A program made the translations under genes and the position numbers. The notes under the pieces were generated by a model. It was not told where the DNA came from, ran no database searches, and saw only the letters and a list, made by a program, of their open reading frames with translations. Of a stretch of 64,000 nucleotides of DNA, positions 10,791-24,045 are shown piece by piece. How positions within the stretch are numbered: the first letter of the stretch is position 1; each line of letters begins with the position of its first letter. Source of the stretch: Octopus bimaculoides (Eukaryota); NCBI RefSeq assembly GCF_001194135.2, contig NC_068984.1, forward strand, positions 103,815,415-103,879,414, read 5' to 3'.

Positions 10791-12009
10791 ATGATGATGA
10801 TGATAAGTCAAGCAACTGAGAAGATAAACAGGTAAAAACAAGAGATTTCGTTAAAAAAAAATAGCAAAAGACAAACACAAACGAAAGGCTATAGAAGCAC
10901 GTGTGATTACAATGAGATCAAACTCGAACCACATTATTGAAAAACGAACCTGTTATCCACACATCTTCCATGCTCCTGTAATTCATGGCCATTAAAACCT
11001 AAGTATATTAACTTCCTGGCAGCTGCTCCATTGAATAACATCATCTGTGATGGCTCTAATCGATCTTCAGAAATCCCAACACTTGAACTAAGAAGATTAT
11101 TGAATAAATATGAGGGAATCCCACTGATAACTCTCGATTAGACTTTGATAAGCCATCTGCACATAAATACCATTGATTAACATAAGTATTAAAAACTCTA
11201 ACGATCAAAATATTTTCTTTAATGGGGACAAACATACAAAGATCTCTCAAACATATTTCAAGAAGTAGCATTTACAAGAAGTAGACAAACTTCCATTATG
11301 ATTTAAATGTCATGGTTTACTTTTTCTTTTCTTTTTTCCTCCTTTCTCTGTTATTCACTTTCCATAGGTATGACTAGAGATTGGGGGATGGAAGTAGTGA
11401 ATAGTGAACAAGTGTGGTGAAGTGGTTGACGATACATATAAGATGGAGAAAGTTAAGGAAGCATTGATGATGACTAACAGTACAGAAGAGAGTGAGAAGT
11501 AGTGGAGTAGAAATAATATAGTAGACCAAGAGAAGAATGGGAGAGAGGGAGATGACATGTGGATAGGTAGCATGAAAGTAAAGGGAAAGGTAGACAAAGT
11601 GCTGGGGAGAGTGAGAAATGTATGGTGGCTGGGGGAAATTTGTTTGCACAGAAGGGTGATCAGGGTAAAATGTGAGAGGAGAGGGAGAATATTAAGAATT
11701 AATGATGGATGATAAGGGAAGTGGTTCTAAGAAGTGAGAATGATAACTGGCATCACAGAAAAGATAATGAAATCTGCAGTTCTGCTCTCATCTAATTACA
11801 GAAGCAAAATATTGCAGTTATGATGGTAATGGAAGTGTCAGTGAGAGATGTGATGGGGAACACCTGAGGAAATTTGGCCAGGAGTACAGTTGCATATATA
11901 TGTATGTATGCATGTGTGTATACACACAGATATATACATTTATTCTTTTATATGTCTCAGTTCAAAGGCTGGGGCACTGCCAGTTACATACACACACACA
12001 CATATCAAC

Positions 12010-12930
12010 ATCACCATTTAACGTCTGCCTTCCATGCTGGCATGAGTGGCACGGTTTGACAAGTGCCGCCCAGGCAGAAGCCTGCACCAGACTTCTGTGA
12101 CTGTTTTGATAGGATTTTTACAGCTGGGTGCCTTCCCTAACACCAACCAACCAGCAGCGTAGACTTAGTGCTTTTTACGTGGCACAAGCACATGCAAGGT
12201 GAGTTTTGGCAAGATTTTTACTGCTGGATGCCCTTCCAAACGCCAACCACTTTACAGTGTGGACTGGATGCTTTCTAAGTGGCACTTGCACTGACAGGAT
12301 CACTAAATAACTTACAAGGCAAAAATCTTTTGAGAATGGAGGGGGCATTGGAGGAGGTGATCATACGTCAGAAGATGAAAGGTTATAGTGAGACAGAAAC
12401 AGGTGTCTTGCTGTAGAGGAAGTACAAGGTTACCTGGCTGGGGAGAGAGAGAGAGATCAGGAATGAGGACAGAAACAGGTGTGCTGTTGCAAAGGAGATA
12501 CATGGCTACCCAACCTGAGGGAAGCACAGGAGAAGAGAGAGTGGGAGACAGCAGAATAGGGATGGTGGCAGTGTGCCAGGCATGCTCACAAGGGACAGTG
12601 ATCAGTATATAAATGGGACGGTCGAGTAAAGGCAGAGAGAGATATAGATGATGGCAAGTGCCGGAGCATACCCTTGAGGTTCAAAGGTCATAATATGAGG
12701 TAGGATATTGCCAAAGAAGCATAATCAGAGAGTAGAGAGGGGATGTGAGTAGTGAAAACCTGGGTATATAGAGTGGCGGGGACTACTGGATAGCAATGAT
12801 ACAGAGAAATAGGGCCATGTGGACAGGATTGGGGATAGGCATAGTGCATGAAGGAGGAAATGGGAGGAAGAGAAGAGATGTAGTTTGGTTTGTTGTGGTA
12901 GGGTATGTGAGAAGTTTTCTTATGTGTGGG
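12010..12930 (+). mobile_element. Repeat family C ((CAT)n-tttaacgtc...gctggatgcccttcc...) with long purine-rich extension
   Basis: Similar long copies at 13560-14390 (+) and 37480-38290 (-). Short copies at ~16940, 18520, 21010, 39350, 40060, 41130 and 57150. Confidence 0.65.
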
Positions 12931-13230
12931 TAGAACACAACACTTCTAGAGCTCAGTTTCACTGACATGGGTGGATCTTCTCAAGAGCATTATATCACCA
13001 GACATCTCGGTCCGTTGTCCTTTCCCCATGAGGACCAACATCGTGATATATATATATATGCACATACATACACATACACACACATATATATACATTTATA
13101 TATATATAGAAAGCTAAATTACAACAGGTATATAGTCCATATTTTGTATTATAGTGCATTGTTGTACCATTCAAAACTTTTTATTCTTTACAAACAATAC
13201 ACAATGCTTCAAGCGAACTACAATACTCTC

Positions 13231-13263
<33 letters not shown>

Positions 13264-13324
13264 CATACATACATACACATGTATATACACACACTGTGTT
13301 TCCAGAATTTCAGTTTTGCCATGA

Positions 13325-13430
13325 TGGGCAGGTCTTCTTGAGCACTGCATACTCCCAGTCATCCTGCTCCTTTGTCCTCTCCTTCATGGGGTTCAAAGTC
13401 CTGAGATCAACCTTGAACATATTTTTGGAC
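13325..13430 (-). mobile_element. RTE-clade LINE 3' fragment
   Basis: Minus translation KNMFKVDLRTLNPMKERTKEQDDWEYAVLKKTCP, similar to the 14395-14620 fragment. Confidence 0.55.
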
Positions 13431-13559
13431 TAATTTTGTAGGCAATCCATTTCACATATATTATTCATAAAATAATTTACTGATAAATTATGAAATCAAA
13501 GCCTTAATCCGTTATTGACTGTCAGCATTCATATTCTTCATAAAACATTTGAATCATAA

Positions 13560-14390
13560 TCATCATCATCACTTAATGTTTGTTTTCTACACTGGCATGG
13601 GTTGGACGGTTTGACAGGAGCTGTACCAAGCTACATTGTCTGTTTTGATATGGTTTCTACAGCTGGGTGCCTTTCCTATCATCAAACACTTTACAGTGTA
13701 CTTTTTACATGGCACCAGCACCAGTGCTTTTTATGTGGCACCATCACCAGCAGAATCACCAAGTATCTTGCAAGACAAAAACCCTTTGACTGGGAGAGTG
13801 GGGTAGTATTGAGGAGGGGTAGTTTTGCACCAGTTGAGAGAATAAAGGTATAGAGAGAGGAGAGATAGGTATCTTTATATACATGGAACCTTAGTTGGAA
13901 AAGAAAAATGTGTGAGTTAAAGAGTAAGATAAGGAGAGTGATAGTGAGAGGGATGATGGCAAAGATGTGTCAGGACATTTCCTTGAGGGATACTGAAGGT
14001 GGTGAGAACAGGTAAACTGAGTGAGTGGGTAGAATAGAGGTGACTCTAGCAAATGATGGAGAAAAACCTAGGTGTGGCTTGGGGGGTGGAGGTTGCTGTA
14101 GATATGTGAGGGCATTGAGGGTGATAGTAGAAATGCAAGGTGTTAATGATGGAGAACAGCAATAGTGGGGAGAAGGTGCAGAAAAGAGGTGATCGGTGGA
14201 GACAGTGGGTGGGGGAGGATAATGGGAAATGGAAGTGGTTTGGGTTGGGGAAGAAAGGTAACTGAGAAATGTAGTATGTGCCTATTCTGCTCTCAGGTGA
14301 TAGAAGTGATGGGTGCTAGGGAATAAAATGTGAGGGAGAAGGTTGACAGGACAGAAAGGATGGAGGTAAGCATTACCAAGGTGGTTTTAG
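13560..14390 (+). mobile_element. Repeat family C long copy
   Basis: Shares head and purine-rich tail (gtgagtggg...ctagcaaatgatgg) with 37480-38290. Confidence 0.6.
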
Positions 14391-14394
14391 GATA

Positions 14395-14620
14395 TCAATT
14401 CTGCTGCAGTGGATGAATCTTGTTGAGTACAGCAAGGCACCAGATAACTCGATTCTTTGTCATTTCCTTCATAAGGCTCAACATCTTGAGATTTGCCTTC
14501 AATACTTCATTCCATGCCCTCTTCGGTCTCCCTCCTCCACAAGTTACATCCACTTTAAGTGATCGGCACTTCTTTATGCAACTATCCTCACCCATATGCA
14601 TCACATGAGCAAATTAGCAG
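14395..14620 (-). mobile_element. RTE-clade LINE ORF C-terminus
   Basis: MHMGEDSCIKKCRSLKVDVTCGGGRPKRAWNEVLKANLKMLSLMKEMTKNRVIWCLAV matches the RTE 'GRP+K.W...D+...DR..WR' tail. Confidence 0.75.
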
Positions 14621-15375
14621 AGTCTTTTCTGAATGATAAATATTTAAAATTGTGATCTATATATTTCTGATAACTATTTTTTTAGAATCCAAAGCTTGGT
14701 GGGGCAGTTACTGTACCTTGTTTATAGGGACTGTGGGTTCAAATCCAACCAAATGCATATTTCTTTGATTTGGAAATATGAATGTAATATACAGCATATT
14801 AAGATTTGTTAAAACATTATTAATGTAGCTGTACCATAGCATCATAATACAAATGTCTTTAATATAATTTCAAAGTTAGAATTGTTTAAAGCATTTGCTA
14901 TATACATTGTTCTTTAAAGGGAATCATGGATAAATTGTTTCTCTTTCTGGAGTACATTCACTTCTTAGCAACTCTCAAAGTAAAAGAAGTTGACAAAGTG
15001 TATAACAAAGAATATAATTTTCAAAGATGGATTTTTTTTTAAAGACTGCATCTTCAGTACTATCTCTGTGAAAATTACCTGTCTATAGAATCAAATACTT
15101 TAAAAAAATTTTAGTGAAATTGTATTTCATAGTTTTCTATAAACTTCCAACAGGCTTTTAGTAGTTTTTAAAATAACCATAGAATTTCCAGTATCTTACA
15201 ATTATAGCTCATAAATATGAAGACAAATCCAAATAAGAATTTGTTGTTTAGCTCCAAGACAAAAGATCAATGATCAAAGGTATTCCAGCCATTTTTTTTA
15301 TCAGTCGGCATTATTCAATGTCTTGATTTTTATCTTGGAGATATAGTTTGGCAGAAACATTTTGCTGCAGAATAT

Positions 15376-15595
15376 AAATAACAGGCTTAAATGGGAGTTT
15401 TAACCAAGGTTGAATAAGGTTCAGTAATATTGTAAAAAAGTGATCAGAATAAGCTCCTATCAGTGTGGCACCATATTAAAATATTGGATTGCCTCACCTA
15501 AGAAATTTTGCATATGGCCAATATTGTGGCATTGTAAACATGTCACAAAATAAGAATCCACATACACATACAAATATAATGTTGGTAAGAAACAT
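15376..15595 (+). repeat. ~220-bp local direct repeat, copy 1 (copy 2 at 16662-16876)
   Basis: Near-identical text from aaataacaggcttaaatggg to ttggtaagaaacat. Confidence 0.95.
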
Positions 15596-16502
15596 TAATA
15601 TGAAAGAAAGTTGCTGGAAAGGGAAGGTAATTAGATTTGCAGTATCATCAAAATTATTGGAATTTTATTATCTAAGGAATTTTCTGCTGGTTTCTTTGTC
15701 ATTGAGATATAGCTTAATAACATATTTGATATTATAGTTAGCCTGCTAAGATATAGTATCTATAGAAAGAGGACACTGAAGTGAATTCCTTCTTTGGGTA
15801 AACAGGAAAACTAACATCTTAAGAAGAGGAAACAAACTGTTGCTTGTTCCTTTCCAATAAATACAATTTTGTTTATGTGAAATGGCAGCAAGTGAGAACC
15901 TGAACTTGGTCAAAGTATAATATTATTGTTGTAATTAATTTCAACCAACTTGAAAATGATTTGATCTCATTACTCAAATGAAATCCTTCTGAAATATCTT
16001 GCAGTGACCTTACTGCTGTGTGGTATGTACAATAATTCAATGTTGAAAGAATTGAGAATTGTTAATGAACAGAAATAACAGACTAGATGACTCAAAATGT
16101 TTTTATAATGTTTGGTGTATTGCTTAAATAATCTTCTTTATAGTAACTGAACTTTAAATATACTGCTGCAGTGATTGTATATATGTAAAATGGTGAAGTA
16201 CTGAGAAAATAGAAGTGAAATGATAAGGAGTTTGAATTCTGCCAGTGTTGACTTTACTTGTCACTCTGAGTTTCAATAAAAATAAGCACCAGTAATTATA
16301 AAAATATAAGGATAATTATCACCTTTACTAATTAAAGAGTGTTAATTACATAAGATTTTCTGATCAAAGGCTTTCATTAAGTGATCAGCTCTGTTTATCT
16401 TCATGGAAGATTGGATTTATGGTGTTCATGCCTTTCCCAAAGGTATCAAATATAAGTAATGAAGTTAATTCCAGGCTTAATTTCTGGTTGTAACTGATTC
16501 AC

Positions 16503-16935
16503 TAATATCTTTTCTACTATAGGCACAAGGCCTGAAATTTGGTGGGGAGGGAGATAGTTGATTACATCAATTTCAGTGCACAACTGGTACTCATTTCATT
16601 GACCCCAAAAAGATTAAATGCAAATTTGACTGACAGAATTTGAACTCAGAACATAAGATACAAATAACAGGCTTAAATGGGAGTTTTAACCAAGGTTGAA
16701 TAAGATTCAGTAATATTGTAAAAAAAAGTGATCAGAACAAGCTCCTATCAGTGTAGCACCATATTAAAATATTGGATTGCCTAAGAAATTTTGTTTATGG
16801 CCAATATTGTGGCATTGTAAACATGTCACAAAATAAGAATCCACATACACATAAATGTAGTCTTGGTAAGAAACATAAGGGCTGTTAAGCATTTTGTCCA
16901 GATTACTAATAACTCTACCAAGTTCACAGCCTTAA
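16503..16935 (-). mobile_element. SINE family B copy interrupted by the duplicated segment 16662-16876
   Basis: cttttctactataggcacaagg...gaatttgaactcagaac | insertion | gctgttaagcattttgtcc...agttcacagcctta. Confidence 0.7.
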
Positions 16936-17822
16936 CTGACTCAGTAATATCAACATTTTAACATCCACTGTTCCATGTTTGCATGGGTCAGATGGAATTT
17001 GTTATATTAGATTTTCTATAGCTAGAGGGCCTCACCTGTTTCCAAGTAATATTTCCCAATGGCCAGGCGTTTTCACAAGATTGCAAACAAAAGCAACTGC
17101 ATATATTACAGTGACATTCATTTTCATCTATCATGTGATGTCAAGACAAGGACAGACTACCATACATATACAATGAGCTTCTTTCCAAATCCACTCACAA
17201 GGCTTTATTCAGCCCAGCATTGAACCCAAAACCATGTGGTTGGAAAGCAAACTTTTTAAACACACAGCCATACCAGTGTTGTCTATTTTGTGTACAAAAA
17301 AATTGGCCTCCAGCTTGAGAAATCAATAATTGAGACAACTTATATTTAGCAGCAAAATTACTTAATGCTATATTAAAACCCCTTTTAGTTAGATCAATAT
17401 ATAGGGAATGACTACACAGGTCTAAGCATGTAACTAGTCTATTTTTCAACTAACACTAATAGTTATCTTATTTCCTATATAAATATTTCCTCACTTTCAA
17501 GTGATTTATCTTTTTATTTTACTTTTTTTCCCAACTCCTCAAATTTAATGTTGCTTGTTGAAAAGCCAATCCACATTTTGTCACTGGTAAGGCATGGCAC
17601 TGCAACTGTTCTTCGATATCATCAGCTTGTAAAGAAGGAACACCATCACCGCAAAAACTGACAGCATTGTAAAAGTGATGAGTGTTCTTTTGGTTAGCAG
17701 TGTTAAATTCAGCTCCTGTCACTAGAGACTTGAAAAGGTCAAGTCTCAGTTAGTTGAGCTTCCTTTAAATATACTCCTTAAAGATTTACATGTCAATATT
17801 ACCCAAACAACATAAAATAAAA

Positions 17823-18205
17823 CACAGGAGTGGGTGTGTGGTAAGTAGTTTGCTTACCAACCACATGGCTCCGGTTTCAGTCCCACTGCGTGGCACCTTG
17901 GACATGTCTTCTACTGTAGCCTCGGGCCAACCAAAGCCTTGTGAGTGGATTTGGTAGATGGAAACTGAAGGAAGCCTGTCATATATATATATATGTATGT
18001 ATGTATATATTTGTGTGTCTGTGTTTGTTCTCCCAACATCGCTTGACAACCGATGCTGGTGTTTACGTCCCAGTCACTTAGCCGTTCGGCAAGAGAAACC
18101 AATAGAATAAGTACTAGGCTTACAAAGAATAAGTCCTGGAGTCGATAGGTTCGAGTAAAGACGGTGCTCCAGCATGGTCGCAAATGACTGAAACAAATAA
18201 AAGAA
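17823..18205 (+). mobile_element. Near full-length tRNA-derived SINE (family A)
   Basis: Head with A-box-like gtgggtgtgtggt and B-box-like ggtttcagtccc, internal (TA/TG)n, tail actgaaacaaataaaag. Partial copies at ~10160, 17170, 19420, 39860, 41570 and 54380. Confidence 0.85.
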
Positions 18206-18964
18206 ATTACGTCCAAGTTTTTAGCTTTAATACTTTGGACTTACAATAAAAGAAAGTAAATCCTATTTGTATTTGTAAATTTTATTAAAAACATTGAGAT
18301 TCAATGAAGGAAGAATGGTTTATGTCTTCCAATTACTATTCCTAACACTGTAATTCTCATCAAATAAACTCTGAACACATCTCGAGCGTTATACAACTGA
18401 TTTTTAAAGATTGTCAATGTTGAGTCATCCCCTCTAAGTAAATGAAGTGAAATGAAATCACTTCATCAAGAGTGAAACTGTGTTATAGTCTCAATGTTCA
18501 CTACTTTTTTAGTGAAATCATTATCATCGTTGTTTTAATATCCACTTTTCATCTGATTTGTTTGCATGGGTCAAACAAAATTCGTTGAGGCAGATTTTCT
18601 GTGGCTAGATGCCCTTCTTGTTGCCAAACCTAATGTATTTCTAAGCAAGGTAAAATTTTCCCTTGGCTGGACATTTTTTCATGGAAATGAACTGCTTCTA
18701 TGACAGTAACACTCATGACTATCACAAGGTGCTAAGACAAGAAAATACACATACACATTTTAATGTTTTTATTTTTCTCTGTTGGATTTTTTTTTTCTTC
18801 GTGATCCTGTTAAAAGTTTAATCTCAACAAGTTGGGAATTGTTAGGTTAAAACTAAGCCACTGGCAGCAACATATTTGAATCTAGCACTGCACGCTGAAG
18901 AAAATCATTAACTGTGGCAGAGTGTTTTTACTTCAAACTACAGTAAATTAAAGGAATTTATTAG

Positions 18965-19022
18965 ACCTGGGTAAAATGAACTTTAGATACCTGGGTAAAA
19001 TGAACTTTAGAGACCTTGGTAA
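18965..19022. repeat. 24-bp tandem repeat x2.4
   Basis: acctgggtaaaatgaactttagat/g repeated. Confidence 0.9.
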
Positions 19023-22000
19023 TAGACACAGAACAATGCCACTGATGGGAATTTGAAAAGTGGGCCTTCAAATCAAACTGTTCAACACCCTAGTCAATAG
19101 CAAGTTGTGGCTCTCATTATTTGCTCAAGATTTCTATTTTTAACAAAAATAAAATGAAAGTATCTTTCAAGTTGATATTTTTATGCCAATTGTACTAAGC
19201 TATACATACATTTGTACAATTACTGTTGATGTTGTTTCTATGGTGCTTTAAGTTAGTAACAAGACTAGTGTAATAAAATCACATTAAATTTGAAAAAATA
19301 TCTTACACAAATTTAAACTGGACTCCTACTTTTAAACATTTGTTTCTTCAAGTCTCTAATTACATAAAAATCATTGATGCTTGACATTAAAAAAATGTAA
19401 ATTTAATTCTGCTTTCTATCTTCTCTCTCGTTTCAGTCATTGGATTGCAACCATGCTGGGGCACCTCTTTGAAGGGTTTAGTCAAACAAATTAACATGTC
19501 TCTTTTGCCAAACTGCTAATTTAAAGGGATGTAAACAAAACACTGGTTGTCAAATGATGGTAGTGGGGAGACAAACATAACACAAATATTTATATATACA
19601 CACACAGAAAAGGCTCTTTTCAGTTTCCACCTACAAAATTCCATTCACAAGGTTCTGGTCAGTCCAGTGCTATAGCAGAAAATACCCAAGGTGCCATGCA
19701 GTATGGCTAAGCATTACATCACCTTAAGCATGTTTTATTGTCTTTTTTTTTTTTAATGAAAGCATTGGTGGGTGACCTTTTACAATGAATATTTTGATGA
19801 AGTGATTTCACTCTCCTTATACTGCAAATACATTAGGTAAAGGCATGAACATAAAAAAAATAAATGAAAATACCATTTCCACCTCTTCATCAATATATGA
19901 CACTGAACCTAATCTAGTCAAAGAGAAAAATTAAGACTGTTGTAATATTGAGCATGGTTCTGATAAGAGTTGATTGCCTTTAAACATTTTGAAATTGTAG
20001 AAATAATTACTAGCAACACCGTGCTCATTTTGTTACAGTGGAAGAAATCAGTGATAGAACAGGTTTGACAAATGTTTTTCTCATTCTTACTCTGTGGTAT
20101 GCACATAGGAAGGTTTGGAGGAAAACAGCAAGCTAATCTAACATGTCATTGCATGTTAAGAACTGTCTAGTGTGGAACCATCTATACAGATGGTTGGGTT
20201 AACATGTTTAAAGTTAAAGGGAAACACGTGGAAGAAATATGTACACAAAGCAATAATTCCAGCATGAGGGCTCTTTTTCAAGTTTTCAATCATAGGTGGG
20301 TGGATCATTGGATAAGAAAAGGAGTATGTGGATCATGAAGGACATGGGATGGAAACCTATTGCATTAAGGACATGATAATTTTAAAATTAAGCACAATTT
20401 CAACCTAACTGGGTTCTTTCAACTTTGTGCTAAAGTAATGTGTAGTTTGCTCAGGCTTCAAATATCTACTTTATGACCATAATTAATACATTTGTTTAAT
20501 ATATTATGCAAATACTGTAAAGGGAAATTGAATGGAAATAGTTATTTGTTTTTGACTGAGATAAAGAGGCACTACTACAGCAGCAATCTTTGATAGTTAT
20601 AGTGAATAATCATTTCATCAACTCAGAAAACAGTCTGAGCCAATTAGGACTAATTATCAACTGACTTCAGTCATTATATTTTAACACATTTCAGCCTCAT
20701 CAAACCTTTGAATTCCCTTTCTTTAATTATTTCATAGATTCACTATGCCTCAAAATCCTTCAGTTCTACATCAAATATTGAAAATTTTAGTGTAATACAG
20801 GACTGTTGTGCAGGTACACCCTAAACCATATTGCCATAACTTAACGGTATCTATTACTTTAAATCTCATCTACAATCTTTCATGTGGCACTGATATAAGC
20901 ACTGAATTTTGCTCAAACAAAGAATAACGAAAAACAACCTGTGGTTAAAAATTTACAATAGACACATAGTTACAATACCTGTACACTGTTTCAATAGACA
21001 CTAAACATTATGACATCATCATTGGTTAATGTCCATGTCCTATGCTGGTTTGAGTAAGCTGACTTAACAGGATCTGACATGTCTTAAGAGTGCATCATAC
21101 CCCAATATCTGCTTTGGCATACTTTTCGTGACTGGGTGCACTTCCTAATGCTAACCACTTTACAATGTTTATTGCAAAGTGATTGACATCGAGATTTTCC
21201 TAAAATTTGGTATCTGATGTACCTGATACCAAATTCAGAAAAATTTTAGAAGTATGTTAAGGTATTGACCCTATGGTTTGGGCTTCCTATGGCTTCAGTC
21301 TTGAGGAGAAAGATAGAGAGGCTGCACAGTCTACTCAATTAAGAAAGGTGCCTCACGTGAAAATAGAGTGAAAAGTCTTTAAAAATGGCATCCACTCTAA
21401 AATATGTGCTCCGATAATTCATGCATCTAAACTCAAGCCGTCCTTGTAATGGTGGAATGAAGAAAAAAAAAAGTGTCTTGAAGTGAATGAAAATGTGTAA
21501 GGACCAAGAAAAAATTTTTTAATTTAATGAGAGCTACTATCAACATCTAGACACTAAAAAGCAATTTTCTTTGTTAATGTAAATGCTGTAATCTGAAAGT
21601 CTGAAGTTCAAATTTGGTAATATTTCAAACTGAAAGATAGCATGTAGCTATGAAAAGTTTTTTTTGTTTCCCCCCCCCCCTTCTTTCCAGTGAAAAGCAA
21701 TTAAAGCAAGCAAACTTTGGTTGCACTGAAAATATCAAAATAAGTGGAACAAAGAAAAAAAAAAAAAAAAAAAAAAAAGAACAAACAAGACAAAATTAGG
21801 CAGATATATTTAGTACATGCAAATATTACATATCACAGACCCGAAAATTTTTAAAACATGCACAGTAACATGTAGCGAAACCAAAGCATCATTTGGTCGA
21901 AAGACTAAATCTTTCATTTTTCAAATCCCAGTACTTTATTATGTTTCATTATTATACCTGTGGTAAAACAAATCAGTTTGGTTTAACAAATAAAACTACT

Positions 22001-23199
22001 TTAAATAAATATGATACATCCCCAAGTATAATAGATTCTGATTAAGAAATAAAAATGCATGAGAGATATAAAAATGTTTGGTGCTGCGATGAAATATATT
22101 TTTTTAAATAAATATATTTGGTAAGGCAATATAGTGTGTGGGGGTGGGAAGACAGGCTCTGAATTAAAAAATACATAGCAAATCTATGATGCAAAATAGA
22201 ATGCATATGGGCAAATTAGAAAGCCAGAAATGAATTGGAAATTAAAAAAAAAATAATAATAATAAATAAATAAGCATATAGTTCATGAAAAAGGTATATA
22301 AAAACAAATTCAGATCTCTTAATGTTGATGATATTCTCTGAGAACGCAAAATAAGATTTAAACACATTTTAACTAATCCTAATATAAAACTAAGTAAACA
22401 GCTGTAATGTGTAATTTCTATCTGTTAAAAAAAAATTTTTTAACTGTACATCTATGAAAATAATTGCAAATTATCTAAATTCAACAAACAAAAAGTGAAA
22501 GAAAAGATTTCTTATAGATCTCAACTAGTTTAATATCTATTTTTGGAAAGAAAACAAGGAATTTAACTATTATCACTACAATTTAATATTAACCCTATGA
22601 ATTCTAATCTAAGTACTTATAATATACCTGAAATGTTTGTAATTAGAATTACTTCCTCATCAACAAAATAAATCAGTTAGCCACAGCAATAAAAGACCAA
22701 TCCAATGGATATTAAAAGTGGATGACAATTTTTGAAATTGGTGGGCAGGTGGAGCTCCATATATTTTAGTGCTAACAGAATAATCTAGAAATGTTATGAA
22801 ACACACACACACACACATATATAAAAGCCAAGTAGCCGAAAGAGTCACTTGTTCATATTCTATCAATAATAGGAAAAATTCAACTTGTATTACACATACA
22901 ACCTAAACAGACACTATAAGAGACAATTCAATATTGCAAGCAGTGGGAGCACTATATGATTAACAAGTGTTTTGTCAGTTTTCATTGGTGGACTTCAATC
23001 CAGCCTTATGTTGTGCTTCACTAAGACAACCCGTGGATCCACTAAATAAAACCTAACATCGTGGCACACTTCAATCATCCAAATGATACAACATACTTGG
23101 GCATTTATTCCATACAGTAGGCTTTTCATTTTCTATTTAGTTTGAGAGTTTCAAGTTGGTGACAGACTCTCCCAGAAAATATCAAATTGCTTTATAGGC

Positions 23200-23488
23200 C
23201 ATAGCTAGACACACATATGTAGAAATACACACACACACACACACACACATGCACATATATATATAAACACACAATACATATATATTTATGCATAGGCATA
23301 AATATATATAATACATCATACATACATCATATATATAAATGTACATTACAATGTGTGTACATATATACACATTTTATGTATATATACAAATTATATACTT
23401 TACACATACAGTATATATAACTTATATATAGAGGATATAATAAACATATTTACATATACACAGTATATAATAAACATGTATATATACA

Positions 23489-23543
<55 letters not shown>

Positions 23544-24045
23544 TACAATAATATATATTCTATTTATATATTTATGTATATAAATATGTAAAACACACAT
23601 TACCACGTGCAAAATATATACATAATATATATTATTTATACATTATATATATATATATATATATATATACATACATACTCACAAATATATATATTGTCTA
23701 CACATTTTACCTATATACATAATCATATATATATATACATTGTCTATACATTTTATCTATATACATACATATATTGTCTATACAGTTTATCTATAGACAT
23801 ACATATATATACACATACATATATAGTCTACACATTTTATCTATATACATATAATCATATATATATATACATATAGTTGTCTGTACTATTCTATTATCTT
23901 GACACTCTATGTATTTAATATATATAATTGTTATATACCATATGCCCACACACACAATGGACATATATATATATATATATATATAGCCTTTATATGATTC
24001 ATTTATATAAACACATCCATATTATCTCTCTCTCTCTCTCTCTCG
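23200..24045. repeat. (TA)/(CA) low-complexity block with a 4-copy minisatellite core (TCTAYACATTTTATCTATATACATA) at ~23695-23870
   Basis: Visible repeats. Confidence 0.85.

Noticed and set aside
14688-14800. Possible plus-strand terminal exon after ttttttttag
   Set aside because: The short frames have no recognisable homology and no upstream exons were found.
21204-21235. 11-bp perfect hairpin aatttggtatc/gataccaaatt
   Set aside because: Short, AT-rich and isolated, so plausible by chance.
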